NCBI GenBank assembly: GCA_963732105.1
Contig: CAVSYL010000010.1
Coordinates: 471,290 to 535,289 of the forward strand
Length of the DNA stretch: 64,000 bases
Source of the DNA: an uncultured beta proteobacterium
Lineage (GTDB): Bacteria; Pseudomonadota; Gammaproteobacteria; Burkholderiales; Casimicrobiaceae
Reading direction: 5' to 3'
Shown: positions 45,579-54,428 of the stretch, piece by piece
Layout of the letters: every line of letters starts with the position of its first letter
Position numbering within the stretch: position 1 is the stretch's first letter
Notes under the pieces: generated by a model
The model's database searches: none
What the model saw: the letters and a program-made list of their open reading frames with translations, nothing else
What the model was told of the DNA's origin: nothing
Position numbers and translations under genes: made by a program

Positions 45579-46862
45579 ATGCTACGCACGCGATGGACGT
45601 TGGCGATCGTATTGGTGATCGGCGTGGCTGTTGCAGTCACGGTGCTCCTGGTGACGCAAGGCAATTTCTCGCCGGATTCCTCTGGTGTCGCAATGCCGAG
45701 TTACGAGGATCTTACGGGCAGCCTGTTTCGCGAAGCTGCGCAACATCCCTTTGGACCGCCTGGCGTCGAAGAGATCGCGCTACCCCCGTTGCGCGGCGGG
45801 GTGAGTATCTGGGGGGCGACCGGCCGCGACGTCGACGGACACGTCTGGGTCGGCGTGTCGGTGGATGGTTCTGGAAGCGGCGCCGCGTTGCTTGAATTCG
45901 ATCCCGAAGCGGGTGTGTGGCACGATCGAGGGACTGTGGTCGATCAGCTAAAGGCTTCCGGTTTGTATCATCCGGGCGAAAGCCAGAACAAGATCCATTC
46001 AAAAATTGTTCCCGGCGCCGATGGTTGGCTGTATTTCGCGTCCACTGACGACGAAGGCGAGGCGGAGGCGGACCCGACGCTTCCGCAGTGGGGCGCTCAC
46101 TTGTGGCGCGCCAGACCTGACGCGCAGCGCTGGCAGCATTTGCTGGCCGTACCCGAAGGGCTGGTGGCGGTTAGCGGCGTCGGCCGCTATGTCTACGCCC
46201 TGGGCTACTGGGGCCATGTCCTGTATCAGTACGACTCGGTCACCGGTAAGAGCAGGCGCGTCGTCGTAGGGTCAACCGCTGGGCACGTTTCACGCAATTT
46301 TCTGGCGGATGTCCGCGGGCACGCCTACGTCCCGCGGCTGGTCGCGCACCCTGACGGTACCGTTACCGCCGCACTGGTCGAGTACGACAACGAATTGCGA
46401 GAATTGGCGGCAACGCCTCTCGACGACTATCTGGGGACGCTATCGCCGGAAGCAAATCACGGAATCGTTGGAATCGTGTACCTCGCCGACGGTCGCCTTT
46501 TGTTCACGACGCATCGCGGTCAGCTTTACATGATCCAGCCAAGAACCGATCTCCCGGCGCTCGTAACCGCCCTCGGCTGGTTTCATCCGGATGGCGAGGC
46601 CTACGCACCTTCGCTGTTCGCCCTGGGTGGCGATGGTTTGGTCGCCGGGGTGACCGAGCGCGGCGGTCGTCACGAATGGGTGGTACTCGAACTCAACACG
46701 CGCATATCGGGTGCTTTCCCGTTGGACACCAAGGATCTGCAAAGCGTTCTGCTGTATGGCTCGGTAAGTCGCGACCGCGCGGGACGCGCCTATGTCGGTG
46801 GTTGGGCATCGACCGGCGCGGGAGGAAAGCGGCCAATCTTTCTGCGGATCGACCCCGGTTAA
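45579..46862 (+). CDS. uncharacterised membrane-anchored protein (possible beta-propeller-like repeats)
   Basis: ATG at 45579 gives 'MLRTRWTLAIVLVIGVAVAVTVLLV' (a single TM helix), followed by ~390 aa. Recurrent motifs are 'DGHVWVG', 'DGWLYFAS', 'GRYVYALGYWGHVLYQYD' and 'DGRLLFTTHRGQLYMI'. The stop is 2 bp before the antiporter ATG. Confidence 0.5.
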   Translation: MLRTRWTLAIVLVIGVAVAVTVLLVTQGNFSPDSSGVAMPSYEDLTGSLFREAAQHPFGPPGVEEIALPPLRGGVSIWGATGRDVDGHVWVGVSVDGSGSGAALLEFDPEAGVWHDRGTVVDQLKASGLYHPGESQNKIHSKIVPGADGWLYFASTDDEGEAEADPTLPQWGAHLWRARPDAQRWQHLLAVPEGLVAVSGVGRYVYALGYWGHVLYQYDSVTGKSRRVVVGSTAGHVSRNFLADVRGHAYVPRLVAHPDGTVTAALVEYDNELRELAATPLDDYLGTLSPEANHGIVGIVYLADGRLLFTTHRGQLYMIQPRTDLPALVTALGWFHPDGEAYAPSLFALGGDGLVAGVTERGGRHEWVVLELNTRISGAFPLDTKDLQSVLLYGSVSRDRAGRAYVGGWASTGAGGKRPIFLRIDPG

Positions 46863-46864
46863 CA

Positions 46865-48478
46865 ATGGCCGTCATCGAAATCACGTTGGGTCTCCTGCTT
46901 GCGGTCGCCGCTGTCGCTGCGATCGGCAAGTGGATAGCATTGCCATTGCCTCTGTTGCTCGTCATTGGCGGCATCGCGCTCTCCTATGTGCCCGGTTTTC
47001 GCGACGTGTCGATCGAACCCGAGGTTTTCTTCCTGCTGTTCATTCCGCCCTTGCTGTTCGCCGACGGCTGGTTGATCCCGAAGCGCGACCTGATTCGGGT
47101 GCTGCGTCCGGTGATGCTGCTGGCGTTCGGCCTGGTATTCCTGACCGTGCTCGTGGTGGGCTTTCTGATGCACTGGCTGATCCCCGCGCTGCCATTCGCG
47201 GCCGCCTTCGCGCTTGCCGCCGTGGTCTCGCCCACCGACGCGGTCGCTGTCAACGCAATCACCTCGAAACTCAAGGTGCCCGCGCGCGTAACGACCATAC
47301 TGAACGGCGAAAGCCTGATCAACGATGCTTCGGGTCTCGTTGCGTTCAAGTTCGCGGTGGCGGCCGCGGTCACCGGCGCATTCCGGTGGAGCGACGGTGT
47401 ATTGCAGTTCTTTATCCTGTCCGGAGGCGGGCTCGCCGTCGGCGTCGCCGTCGCCTGGGCGATCGGCTACATACGCATCGGCCTCAAGCGTTTTTGTGTC
47501 GAGGATCCCACCGTCCAGACAGTGCTCTCGCTGCTGACGCCGTACGCGGCGTATCTGGCGGCCGAAACCGTGGGCGTCGGGAGCATTCTTGCGATCGTCG
47601 CGTCCGGACTCTACGCCGGCGCGCACGACGCGCGTCACCTCGACGCGCCAACGCGCGCTCATTCGTGGGAAGTCTGGCGGATGCTGCTGTTCGCATTTAA
47701 TGGCCTCGTGTTCGTGTTGCTCGGCGTGCAACTGCATTCGCTCGTGTCCGGACTCACACGCGCGAGCGTCGTCGAAGTGCTCGGTTACGCGCTGGTACTG
47801 TCTGCCGCGCTGATCGCCCTGCGCATCTGCTGGGTATTTCCCGCGGCGTACCTGCCAGCGCTGCTGTCGCAAAAAATTCGCGCGCGCGAAGGCATCCCGG
47901 GACGTGGCTCGGTGTTCGTCACCGCATGGGCTGGGATTCGCGGCTCGGTAACCCTCGCGGCTGCCCTGTCCATTCCATACACCACGGCCAGCGGTGCGCC
48001 TTTCCCCGGCCGTGACCTGATCATTCTGCTGGCCGCAAGCACCATTGTGATCACGCTCCTGCTCAACGGTCTGACACTGCAGCCGCTGATTCGGCTCCTC
48101 GGGGTCCGAGGCGATGGTATCGCCGAGCACGAGGAGCGTGCCGCGAGAATCGCCACGGCGCAGGCGGCGATCGACACGCTGCAGCAGCGCATTCCGAAAC
48201 TGGCGGCTCCGCAGGAGGCGAAGTTTGCCGAATCGTTGCTGGCGCAATACGAACGGCGGCTGCAGCGCCATTCCGCCAACGCCGAACGACGCGTACAACT
48301 CGAGGCGTTGCACGATTCACAGCGCCACATCTGGCTCGCGGCTGTTCGTGCCGAACGCGAGGAACTGATGCAGATGCGCGAGCAGAACGTGATCAACGAT
48401 GAGGTCATGCGCATACTGGAAGGCGACATCGATATTGAAGAGGCGCTCATCACCGGAGCGGCGCGACATGGCCATTGA
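46865..48478 (+). CDS. Na+/H+ antiporter (CPA1 family)
   Basis: 537 aa from 'MAVIEITLGLLLAVAAV', with 'VVSPTDAVAV' and 'ILNGESLINDASGLV' motifs and a C-terminal soluble helical domain. Confidence 0.85.
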   Translation: MAVIEITLGLLLAVAAVAAIGKWIALPLPLLLVIGGIALSYVPGFRDVSIEPEVFFLLFIPPLLFADGWLIPKRDLIRVLRPVMLLAFGLVFLTVLVVGFLMHWLIPALPFAAAFALAAVVSPTDAVAVNAITSKLKVPARVTTILNGESLINDASGLVAFKFAVAAAVTGAFRWSDGVLQFFILSGGGLAVGVAVAWAIGYIRIGLKRFCVEDPTVQTVLSLLTPYAAYLAAETVGVGSILAIVASGLYAGAHDARHLDAPTRAHSWEVWRMLLFAFNGLVFVLLGVQLHSLVSGLTRASVVEVLGYALVLSAALIALRICWVFPAAYLPALLSQKIRAREGIPGRGSVFVTAWAGIRGSVTLAAALSIPYTTASGAPFPGRDLIILLAASTIVITLLLNGLTLQPLIRLLGVRGDGIAEHEERAARIATAQAAIDTLQQRIPKLAAPQEAKFAESLLAQYERRLQRHSANAERRVQLEALHDSQRHIWLAAVRAEREELMQMREQNVINDEVMRILEGDIDIEEALITGAARHGH

Positions 48479-48526
48479 GCAAGCTGCGGATCGCGCTGAT
48501 ACCGAACGATTCGAGGCGCTCGGCTC

Positions 48527-49201
48527 GTGATTCCCACACTCGGCATACTGGGTGGCACCTTCGATCCGATCCACTATGGGCACCTGCGGCTGGCCAGCGC
48601 CGTACGTTCGGCGCTCGGTTTCGTGCAAGTGAACATGATTCCCGCAGGCGTGCCTCCGCACCGTGAGGCGCCGTGGGCTTCGCCGAAAGATCGCCTGGCG
48701 ATGACTGAGCTCGGCTGTGTGGAATTTCCCGGGCTAAAACCCGACGACCGCGAAATCCGCCGCGCCGGTCCAAGTTACACCGTGGTGACGTTGCAGGAGT
48801 TGCACAATGAGGACCGCAACCGTCCACTCGCGCTGCTTCTTGGGACCGACGCGTTAACGGGCTTCGCGGGCTGGCATCGGTGGGCGCAGATTTTCACGCT
48901 GGCCCACCTGATCGTGGTCGAGCGCCCCGGCACATCGTTCGACGTGGTGACGCTGGCACCACCGCTGCGCGAACAGTGGGAACGCCGGCTGACGACCGAT
49001 CCCTCGCGCCTGTCGCGTCAACTTGCCGGTTCCATCATGCGCGTCCCGGTGGCACCGCAACCTATCTCGGCGACCGCCATTCGCGCCGCGCTCGAACGAG
49101 GCGCCGCAGGCCGCGCGGAGCTCACGGGTTTGCTTCCGGCGACGGTTCTGGCATATATTGAACGCAACCAACTGTATCGGCCCCGAACGGATGCGCCTTA
49201 A
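48527..49201 (+). CDS. nadD: nicotinate-nucleotide adenylyltransferase
   Basis: 224 aa with a GTG start and 'LGILGGTFDPIHYGHL'. Confidence 0.88.
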   Translation: MIPTLGILGGTFDPIHYGHLRLASAVRSALGFVQVNMIPAGVPPHREAPWASPKDRLAMTELGCVEFPGLKPDDREIRRAGPSYTVVTLQELHNEDRNRPLALLLGTDALTGFAGWHRWAQIFTLAHLIVVERPGTSFDVVTLAPPLREQWERRLTTDPSRLSRQLAGSIMRVPVAPQPISATAIRAALERGAAGRAELTGLLPATVLAYIERNQLYRPRTDAP

Positions 49202-49556
49202 TCGCCTGCAGAAGACCGCCGTCACCGCTCTCGAAGACATCAAGGCCCGCGACATCACGTTGCTCGATGTCCGCAAGCTCACCAGCCTGTACGACACGTT
49301 GATCATCGCCACCGCTGAATCCAACCGGCAGGTGAACGCTCTGGCGCAACACGTTCGCGACGCCATGAAAGCGGCCGGCGCGCAGATTGTCGGCGTCGAG
49401 GGGGAGCAAAGCGGCGAATGGGTGCTGGTCGACTGCGCGGACATCGTCGTGCACATCATGCAGCCGGCCGTGCGCCGGTACTACAACCTCGAAGAGCTGT
49501 GGACGCCGCCCACGCCGCGGCGCCGCGCCAAACCCGACGCCGCTGTAGCTGCTTGA
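49191..49556 (+). CDS. rsfS: ribosome silencing factor
   Basis: 121 aa from the internal Met of ORF 49023..49556, with 'ALEDIKARDITLLDVRKLTSLYDTLIIATAESNRQV' and 'WVLVDCADIVVHIM'. Confidence 0.85.
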   Translation: MRLNRLQKTAVTALEDIKARDITLLDVRKLTSLYDTLIIATAESNRQVNALAQHVRDAMKAAGAQIVGVEGEQSGEWVLVDCADIVVHIMQPAVRRYYNLEELWTPPTPRRRAKPDAAVAA

Positions 49557-49593
49557 CGCCGGATGCCGCCGTGCCGCGTCCGCGCTGCCAGGC

Positions 49594-50061
49594 ATGAAAC
49601 TCCGCATCGTCGCGCTCGGGCACAAATTACCCGCCTGGGCGGATTCCGCGTTCAACGATTACGCGCGCCGGATGCCGCGCGAGTTTGCGCTCGAGCTCTC
49701 CGAAATCAAACCCGAAGCGCGCGATCGCGGCAAGAACGTGACGCAAATGCTTGCCGCGGAAAGCACGCGGATTGCCGCGGCCGCCGCCGGCTGTCACATT
49801 GTGGCGCTCGATGAACACGGCGACGCCTGGACGACCGCCAAGCTCGCGCAGCAACTTCGCCAGTGGCGCGACGATGCGCAGGCCATCGCGTTCGTCATCG
49901 GCAGCGCGGATGGCCTTGCCCCCGCAGTCAAGCGCGATGCCAAGGCGATCCTCGCGCTTTCCGCAATGACCTTACCGCACAGCCTCGCCCGCGTCCTGCT
50001 TGCTGAGCAACTGTATCGGGCCGCCAGCCTGCTGCAGGGTCACCCCTATCATCGCGAATGA
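49594..50061 (+). CDS. rlmH: 23S rRNA (pseudouridine1915-N3)-methyltransferase
   Basis: 155 aa SPOUT protein with 'MKLRIVALGHKLPAW' and 'FVIGSADGL'. Confidence 0.9.
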   Translation: MKLRIVALGHKLPAWADSAFNDYARRMPREFALELSEIKPEARDRGKNVTQMLAAESTRIAAAAAGCHIVALDEHGDAWTTAKLAQQLRQWRDDAQAIAFVIGSADGLAPAVKRDAKAILALSAMTLPHSLARVLLAEQLYRAASLLQGHPYHRE

Positions 50062-50116
50062 GCGCGGCCGACGCGCGGTCGTTGGTGATGCTCGGCAGGT
50101 ACAAGGAGAGCGCGAA

Positions 50117-50746
50117 TTGAACTTCGTGCTGATCGAGCGACCGTCGGTCTACCTCGCGTCGAAGAGTCCGCGCCGGCAGGAATTGTTGCGGCAGATCGGC
50201 ATCGAGTTCGAGGAACTGCTCGTGCGCGAGGCGGCTGGACGCCGACGGGATATCGTCGAGACTTCGCGCAAGGACGAGCCCGCGCTCGAGTACGTCAAGC
50301 GCATTGCGCGCACCAAGGCGGCGGTGGGCTGGCACCAAATGAAACGTCGCCAACTGCCGCCGCGCCCGGTGCTCGCCGCCGACACCGAAGTCGTCATCGA
50401 CGGCGAGGTGCTGGGCAAGCCCGACGGCGCCGCTAACGCGATTGCCATGCTCCTGCGCCTGTCGGGCAATACGCACGACGTGATAACCGCTGTGGCGATT
50501 CGCTGGCACGCCCAGGTTGTGCTTGCGGTGTCGACGTCGCGGGTGAGTTTCCGCACGCTCACCCGGGACGAAGTCGAACGCTATGTGGCAACCGGCGAGC
50601 CATTCGACAAGGCCGGCGGCTATGGTATCCAGGGTCGCGCTGCGGCGTTCATCCGACACCTCGACGGCAGCTACTCGGGCGTCATGGGTTTGCCCCTGTT
50701 TGAAACCACCGAGATTCTGGCGAAGATCGGCTACCATGTGCCATGA
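50117..50746 (+). CDS. maf: Maf-family nucleoside triphosphate pyrophosphatase
   Basis: 'VYLASKSPRRQELLRQIGI', 'LAADTEVVIDGEVLGKP' and 'KAGGYGIQG'. The start (TTG 50117 or GTG 50126) is uncertain. Confidence 0.8.
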   Translation: MNFVLIERPSVYLASKSPRRQELLRQIGIEFEELLVREAAGRRRDIVETSRKDEPALEYVKRIARTKAAVGWHQMKRRQLPPRPVLAADTEVVIDGEVLGKPDGAANAIAMLLRLSGNTHDVITAVAIRWHAQVVLAVSTSRVSFRTLTRDEVERYVATGEPFDKAGGYGIQGRAAAFIRHLDGSYSGVMGLPLFETTEILAKIGYHVP

Positions 50747-50783
50747 ATAGCCGCCTGCTGCACGACCTTTGCCGCCCCTGCCG

Positions 50784-52244
50784 ATGAGCCACGAAATCCT
50801 CATCAACGTCACGCCGCAGGAGACCCGCGTCGCCATGCTCGAGCAGGCAGTGGTGCAGGAATTGCACATGGAACGGGCGAGTGCACGCGGCCTGGTCGGC
50901 AACATCTACCTCGGAAAAGTCGCACGCGTGCTGCCGGGCATGCAGTCGGCATTCATCGAGATCGGCCTCGAGCGCGCGGCGTTCCTGCACATCGCCGACA
51001 TTTGGGAGCATCGCCAGAACGGCCACGGCCATGACAGCAAGCCGATCGAACGTATCCTGCACGAGGGGCAGGCGCTCCTGGTGCAGGTGATCAAGGACCC
51101 GATCGGTACCAAAGGGGCCAGGCTGTCGACGCAGGTCAGCCTCGCGGGACGTTTGCTGGTCTACCTGCCGCAGGATTCGCACATCGGCATCTCACAACGC
51201 ATCGAGGATGAAGCGGAGCGAGAGAATCTCCGCGACAAGCTGCAGCAACTGCTGCCCGAAGGGCTTGCCGGGGGATTCATCATCCGCACCATGGCCGAGA
51301 CGGCGTCCGAGCGCGAAATGCAGAACGACATCGACTACCTCACCAAGCTCTGGCGCGATCTGACGGACAAGTCGGGCACGATGCCGGCGCCTTCCCTCGT
51401 CTACCAGGATCTCAACCTTGCGCAGCGTGTCCTGCGCGACATGGTTACCGAGGAAACTTCGCGCATCCAGGTCGATTCGCGCGAGACGTTCCAGAAGATG
51501 CAGGAGTTTTCCGCACAGTACACGCAGAACATTTCCGACCGCATTGCGCATTACCTCGGCGACCGTCCACTGTTCGACCTCAATGGCGTCGAGGACGAAA
51601 TCCAGAAGGCGCTGACGCGGCGGGTCGACCTCAAATCGGGCGGCTATCTGATCTTCGACCAGACCGAGGCCATGACGACGATCGACGTCAATACCGGCGG
51701 ATTCGTGGGTGGCCGCAGTTTCGACGAAACGATCTTCAAGACCAACCTCGAAGCGGCGCAGGTCATCGCCCGGCAGCTGCGTCTGCGCAATCTCGGCGGC
51801 ATCATCATCATCGACTTCATCGACATGGAAAACGCCGATCACCGCAACGCCGTGCTGGCGGAGCTCAACAAGGCGTTGGAGCGCGACCGGACGCGACTCA
51901 CAGTCAATGGCTTCACGCAGCTGGGCTTGGTCGAGATGACACGCAAGCGCACGCGCGAGAGCCTCGCGCATGTGCTTTGCGAGCCATGCATGACCTGCGG
52001 TGGCCGCGGCGAGATCAAGACCGCCCAGACGATCTGCTACGAGATCCTGCGTGAGATCGTGCGCGAATCCAAGCAGTTCAACGCGCGCGAATTCCGGATC
52101 CTCGCGTCGCAGTCGGTGATCGACCTGTTCCTGGACGAGGAATCGCAAAGCCTTGCCCAGCTCGGCGATTTCATCGGCAAGCCGATCTCGCTGCAGGTCG
52201 AGTCCATATATACGCAGGAGCAGTACGACATCGTCCTGATTTAA
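50784..52244 (+). CDS. rng: ribonuclease G
   Basis: 'MSHEILINVTPQETRVAMLE', an S1 domain 'GNIYLGKVARVLPGMQSAFIEIG', then the RNase E/G catalytic region. Confidence 0.9.
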   Translation: MSHEILINVTPQETRVAMLEQAVVQELHMERASARGLVGNIYLGKVARVLPGMQSAFIEIGLERAAFLHIADIWEHRQNGHGHDSKPIERILHEGQALLVQVIKDPIGTKGARLSTQVSLAGRLLVYLPQDSHIGISQRIEDEAERENLRDKLQQLLPEGLAGGFIIRTMAETASEREMQNDIDYLTKLWRDLTDKSGTMPAPSLVYQDLNLAQRVLRDMVTEETSRIQVDSRETFQKMQEFSAQYTQNISDRIAHYLGDRPLFDLNGVEDEIQKALTRRVDLKSGGYLIFDQTEAMTTIDVNTGGFVGGRSFDETIFKTNLEAAQVIARQLRLRNLGGIIIIDFIDMENADHRNAVLAELNKALERDRTRLTVNGFTQLGLVEMTRKRTRESLAHVLCEPCMTCGGRGEIKTAQTICYEILREIVRESKQFNAREFRILASQSVIDLFLDEESQSLAQLGDFIGKPISLQVESIYTQEQYDIVLI

Positions 52245-52252
52245 AGTCTCGA

Positions 52253-52630
52253 TCAAAAAACCAACGTCGTCCACTCGGGATCGAGCGCCCGCCCGAGAAA
52301 CGCGGCGGCACCGGCGATGCCCGTCAATTCGGGAATGAGCTTCGCGCGATCCACCGCGTGGGCGTCAAGGGCGTCGCTGCACGCGTAGATTTTCGCGCCG
52401 AAGCTGGTGGCTTGCTGCATGTGGCGATAGATGCTGACGTCTTGGCTGCCACCCGCGTACATGTCGGCGGCCTGATTCTCCACCAGCAGCAGCACGGACT
52501 TGCTGGTGCAGTAAATCTCGACCTCGACGTCCATCGCCGCAGCGGCTGCGGCATGGAAAAACGGCGTCGCGCACAAATGCGGCGCGTCGGGGCCGGCCGC
52601 CCACAACAGAATCGCGAGCCGCGTTTTCAC
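52253..52630 (-). CDS. DsrE/DsrF-like family protein
   Basis: 125 aa from GTG 52630, which overlaps the upstream stop as GTGA. The pattern 'LAILLWAAGPD...EVEIYCTSKSV...GAKIYACSDAL...TTLVF' resembles the DsrE/TusD fold family. Confidence 0.6.
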   Translation of the reverse strand: MKTRLAILLWAAGPDAPHLCATPFFHAAAAAAMDVEVEIYCTSKSVLLLVENQAADMYAGGSQDVSIYRHMQQATSFGAKIYACSDALDAHAVDRAKLIPELTGIAGAAAFLGRALDPEWTTLVF

Positions 52631-53076
52631 GGCGGAGTCTCGCCGAAGGTCCTGGACAGCAACGCCATGTACGCCTCGACCGCCGCGGGAATGGCGGCGC
52701 CCGTCACCAGCAGCTGGCGGTCGCTGTCCCACGCGATCGGCTGCAGACGAACGAGCCAACCCGCGCCATAGGGGTCGCTGTTGATGAGCCGGGGTTCCGT
52801 TCTCACGTTGCTGTTCGCGTCGATCATCAGGCCACTGATCGGCGATCGCGCGGAACGGATGACCTTCGACATTTCGAGCATGCCGAGGGCGCGGTCGCGT
52901 TCGATGGACGCTCCCACGGGCTTGGCCATGAAGTCGATGAAATCGCCGGAGATGTGCGCGCCGAGCGATGTGATGCCGACGGTGACGTTGCCGTCGGCAT
53001 CACGGCGCGCCCAGGTGTCGTGCTCCATCAGATAATGCAGCGCATCGGGAAACTCGAAGCCGCGAATGTTCGCCAT
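52627..53076 (-). CDS. glycine cleavage H-protein-like (lipoyl-carrier-like) protein
   Basis: 149 aa. 'VTVGITSLGAHISGDFIDF...LEMSKVIRSARSPISG...INSDPYGAGWLVRL' parallels GcvH 'VGIT...VESVKAASD.Y.P.SG...PY..GW', including the lipoyl-Lys position. Confidence 0.75.
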   Translation of the reverse strand: MANIRGFEFPDALHYLMEHDTWARRDADGNVTVGITSLGAHISGDFIDFMAKPVGASIERDRALGMLEMSKVIRSARSPISGLMIDANSNVRTEPRLINSDPYGAGWLVRLQPIAWDSDRQLLVTGAAIPAAVEAYMALLSRTFGETPP

Positions 53077-53106
53077 GCCTTTGGCCGTGCCTGACCCCGG
53101 TGGCGG

Positions 53107-54212
53107 TCAGGCCTGCACCTCGCGCGCGTTCATCCGATACTGGAAGTTCTGTGCGTCATAGTAATCCAGCGCGCCTTTGCCGGTCTCCGCGTACGGATAC
53201 ATGAAGTGTCCGAGTGCCTTGGTCGTCTCCGGCGCGAGCCTCGTGTCGCCCGCGGTATTGAACCCCATCCAGTTCATTTCCCAGGCGCCAAACAGCGTTT
53301 TCCGGGCCAGGCTGACGCGCGGGTCGTCGAGCGGCAGCAGGCGATCCTTCTCTTCTTCGAGCACAACTTTGCGCACGTCGGCGGGGTCGACCGGGATCCA
53401 GCCAAAGCGGGCATCGTAAAACTCCGCACGGCAATGTTGCGCCTTGGTAATGTCGCCGCTCTTGCCGAGGCTCTTCCAGGTCGCCGAATCCGCAACGCGA
53501 ACCCCGTACACATCGCGCGCCGGGATGCCCGACCGAGCGCGCGAGTCCGACGAACAGCGCGTTGAGGTCGGCGCACTTGCCGCCCAGGTTGCCGGATTCG
53601 AGCATGAAGCGTATGTCGCCCGTTCCGCAACCGATGACCTTGGGATCGCGGTACGTGTTTTCGACGATCCACTCGTAGATCGCGCGCGACCGGTCGATCG
53701 GATTGTTGCTCGCCATCGGCAGGATCCTCGTTGCGGTGGCGCGTACGATGCCGTCGGTCGGTATGTGCGCCGTCGGTTGCGTATAAAGCTCAATCTCGTC
53801 GCGTGATAGCGGCTGCGCGGATCCGGGCTTGCTGAGGTCCACGCTCCGGTTGCGCGTCGTGATGCGATTCGTCACCTGGAGCTTCGGTGTCGTCGCGCGA
53901 TCGGTCCACTGGGCGAAGAATGCGGGTGCGCCGTAACGGGGATCGCGGTATACGCCCGTCGCCGATGGATTGCCGGTCCAGCGGATGTCGAGGGCGCGTT
54001 GCCAGTCCGTGTCGCCATACAGCGGCAGCGGGAGCCAGACTTTGGCCGGAACATCCTGCGGCCAGATTTCCACCTCGGTAACCACTTCGAACGTGCGCCA
54101 CGGCGCGTTGGCAGGCGGCGCTTCGATTGCGGCGGCCGGCGTCGCGATCGTCGGCAGGGTTGCCGAGCAGAGCGGTCAATGCTGAAACGTTGAGAAACTC
54201 GCGTCGATCCAT
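53107..54212 (-). pseudogene. Tat-signal transglutaminase-like cysteine protease-fold protein, two frame breaks (~54157-54159 and ~53528-53530)
   Basis: Three ORF pieces in successive frames. Piece 1 is 'MDRREFLNVSALTALLGN' (twin-arginine signal). Piece 2 is '...LPTIATPAAAIEAPPANAPWRTFEVVTEVEIW...GGKCADLNALFVGLARSVG'. Piece 3 is 'IPARDVYGVRV...HCRAEFY...WIPVDPAD'. Cys/His/Asp triad context is present. Confidence 0.75.
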
Positions 54213-54316
54213 GGTCTTTCTCTCTCACTGACCCGCGCCGGACCGGCGACGGGATGACTGCGGACTGCACCCGTTGCGCGTGGCGCTGCCGGGGCAGGGA
54301 TACTGCGGGGAAATCG

Positions 54317-54412
54317 TGGCGGAAGAGAATGGGAGTCGAACCCACCCGGGAGCGCATGGCGCCCCCAACCGGGTTTGAAGCCCGGCCGCCCCACCAGGGA
54401 CGATTCTCTTCC
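54317..54412 (-). tRNA. selC: tRNA-Sec (anticodon UCA), CCA encoded
   Basis: The reverse complement folds by hand into a full tRNA-Sec. Acceptor stem is 8 bp (GGAAGAGA/TCTCTTCC). D stem is 6 bp with a 4-nt loop (CGTCCC-TGGT-GGGGCG). The anticodon arm is CCGGG-CTTCAAA-CCCGG. There is a long variable arm, a T arm GTGGG-TTCGACT-CCCAT, discriminator G and CCA. Confidence 0.88.
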
Positions 54413-54428
54413 TCATGTCGTATGTTGT

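Noticed and set aside
44892-46862. 656-aa DUF924-plus-repeat-domain fusion protein
   Set aside because: The conserved DUF924 C-terminus and its stop are present in the +1 frame at 45490-45540. A good ATG plus TM helix starts the second protein at 45579. The fusion is best explained by the frame break.
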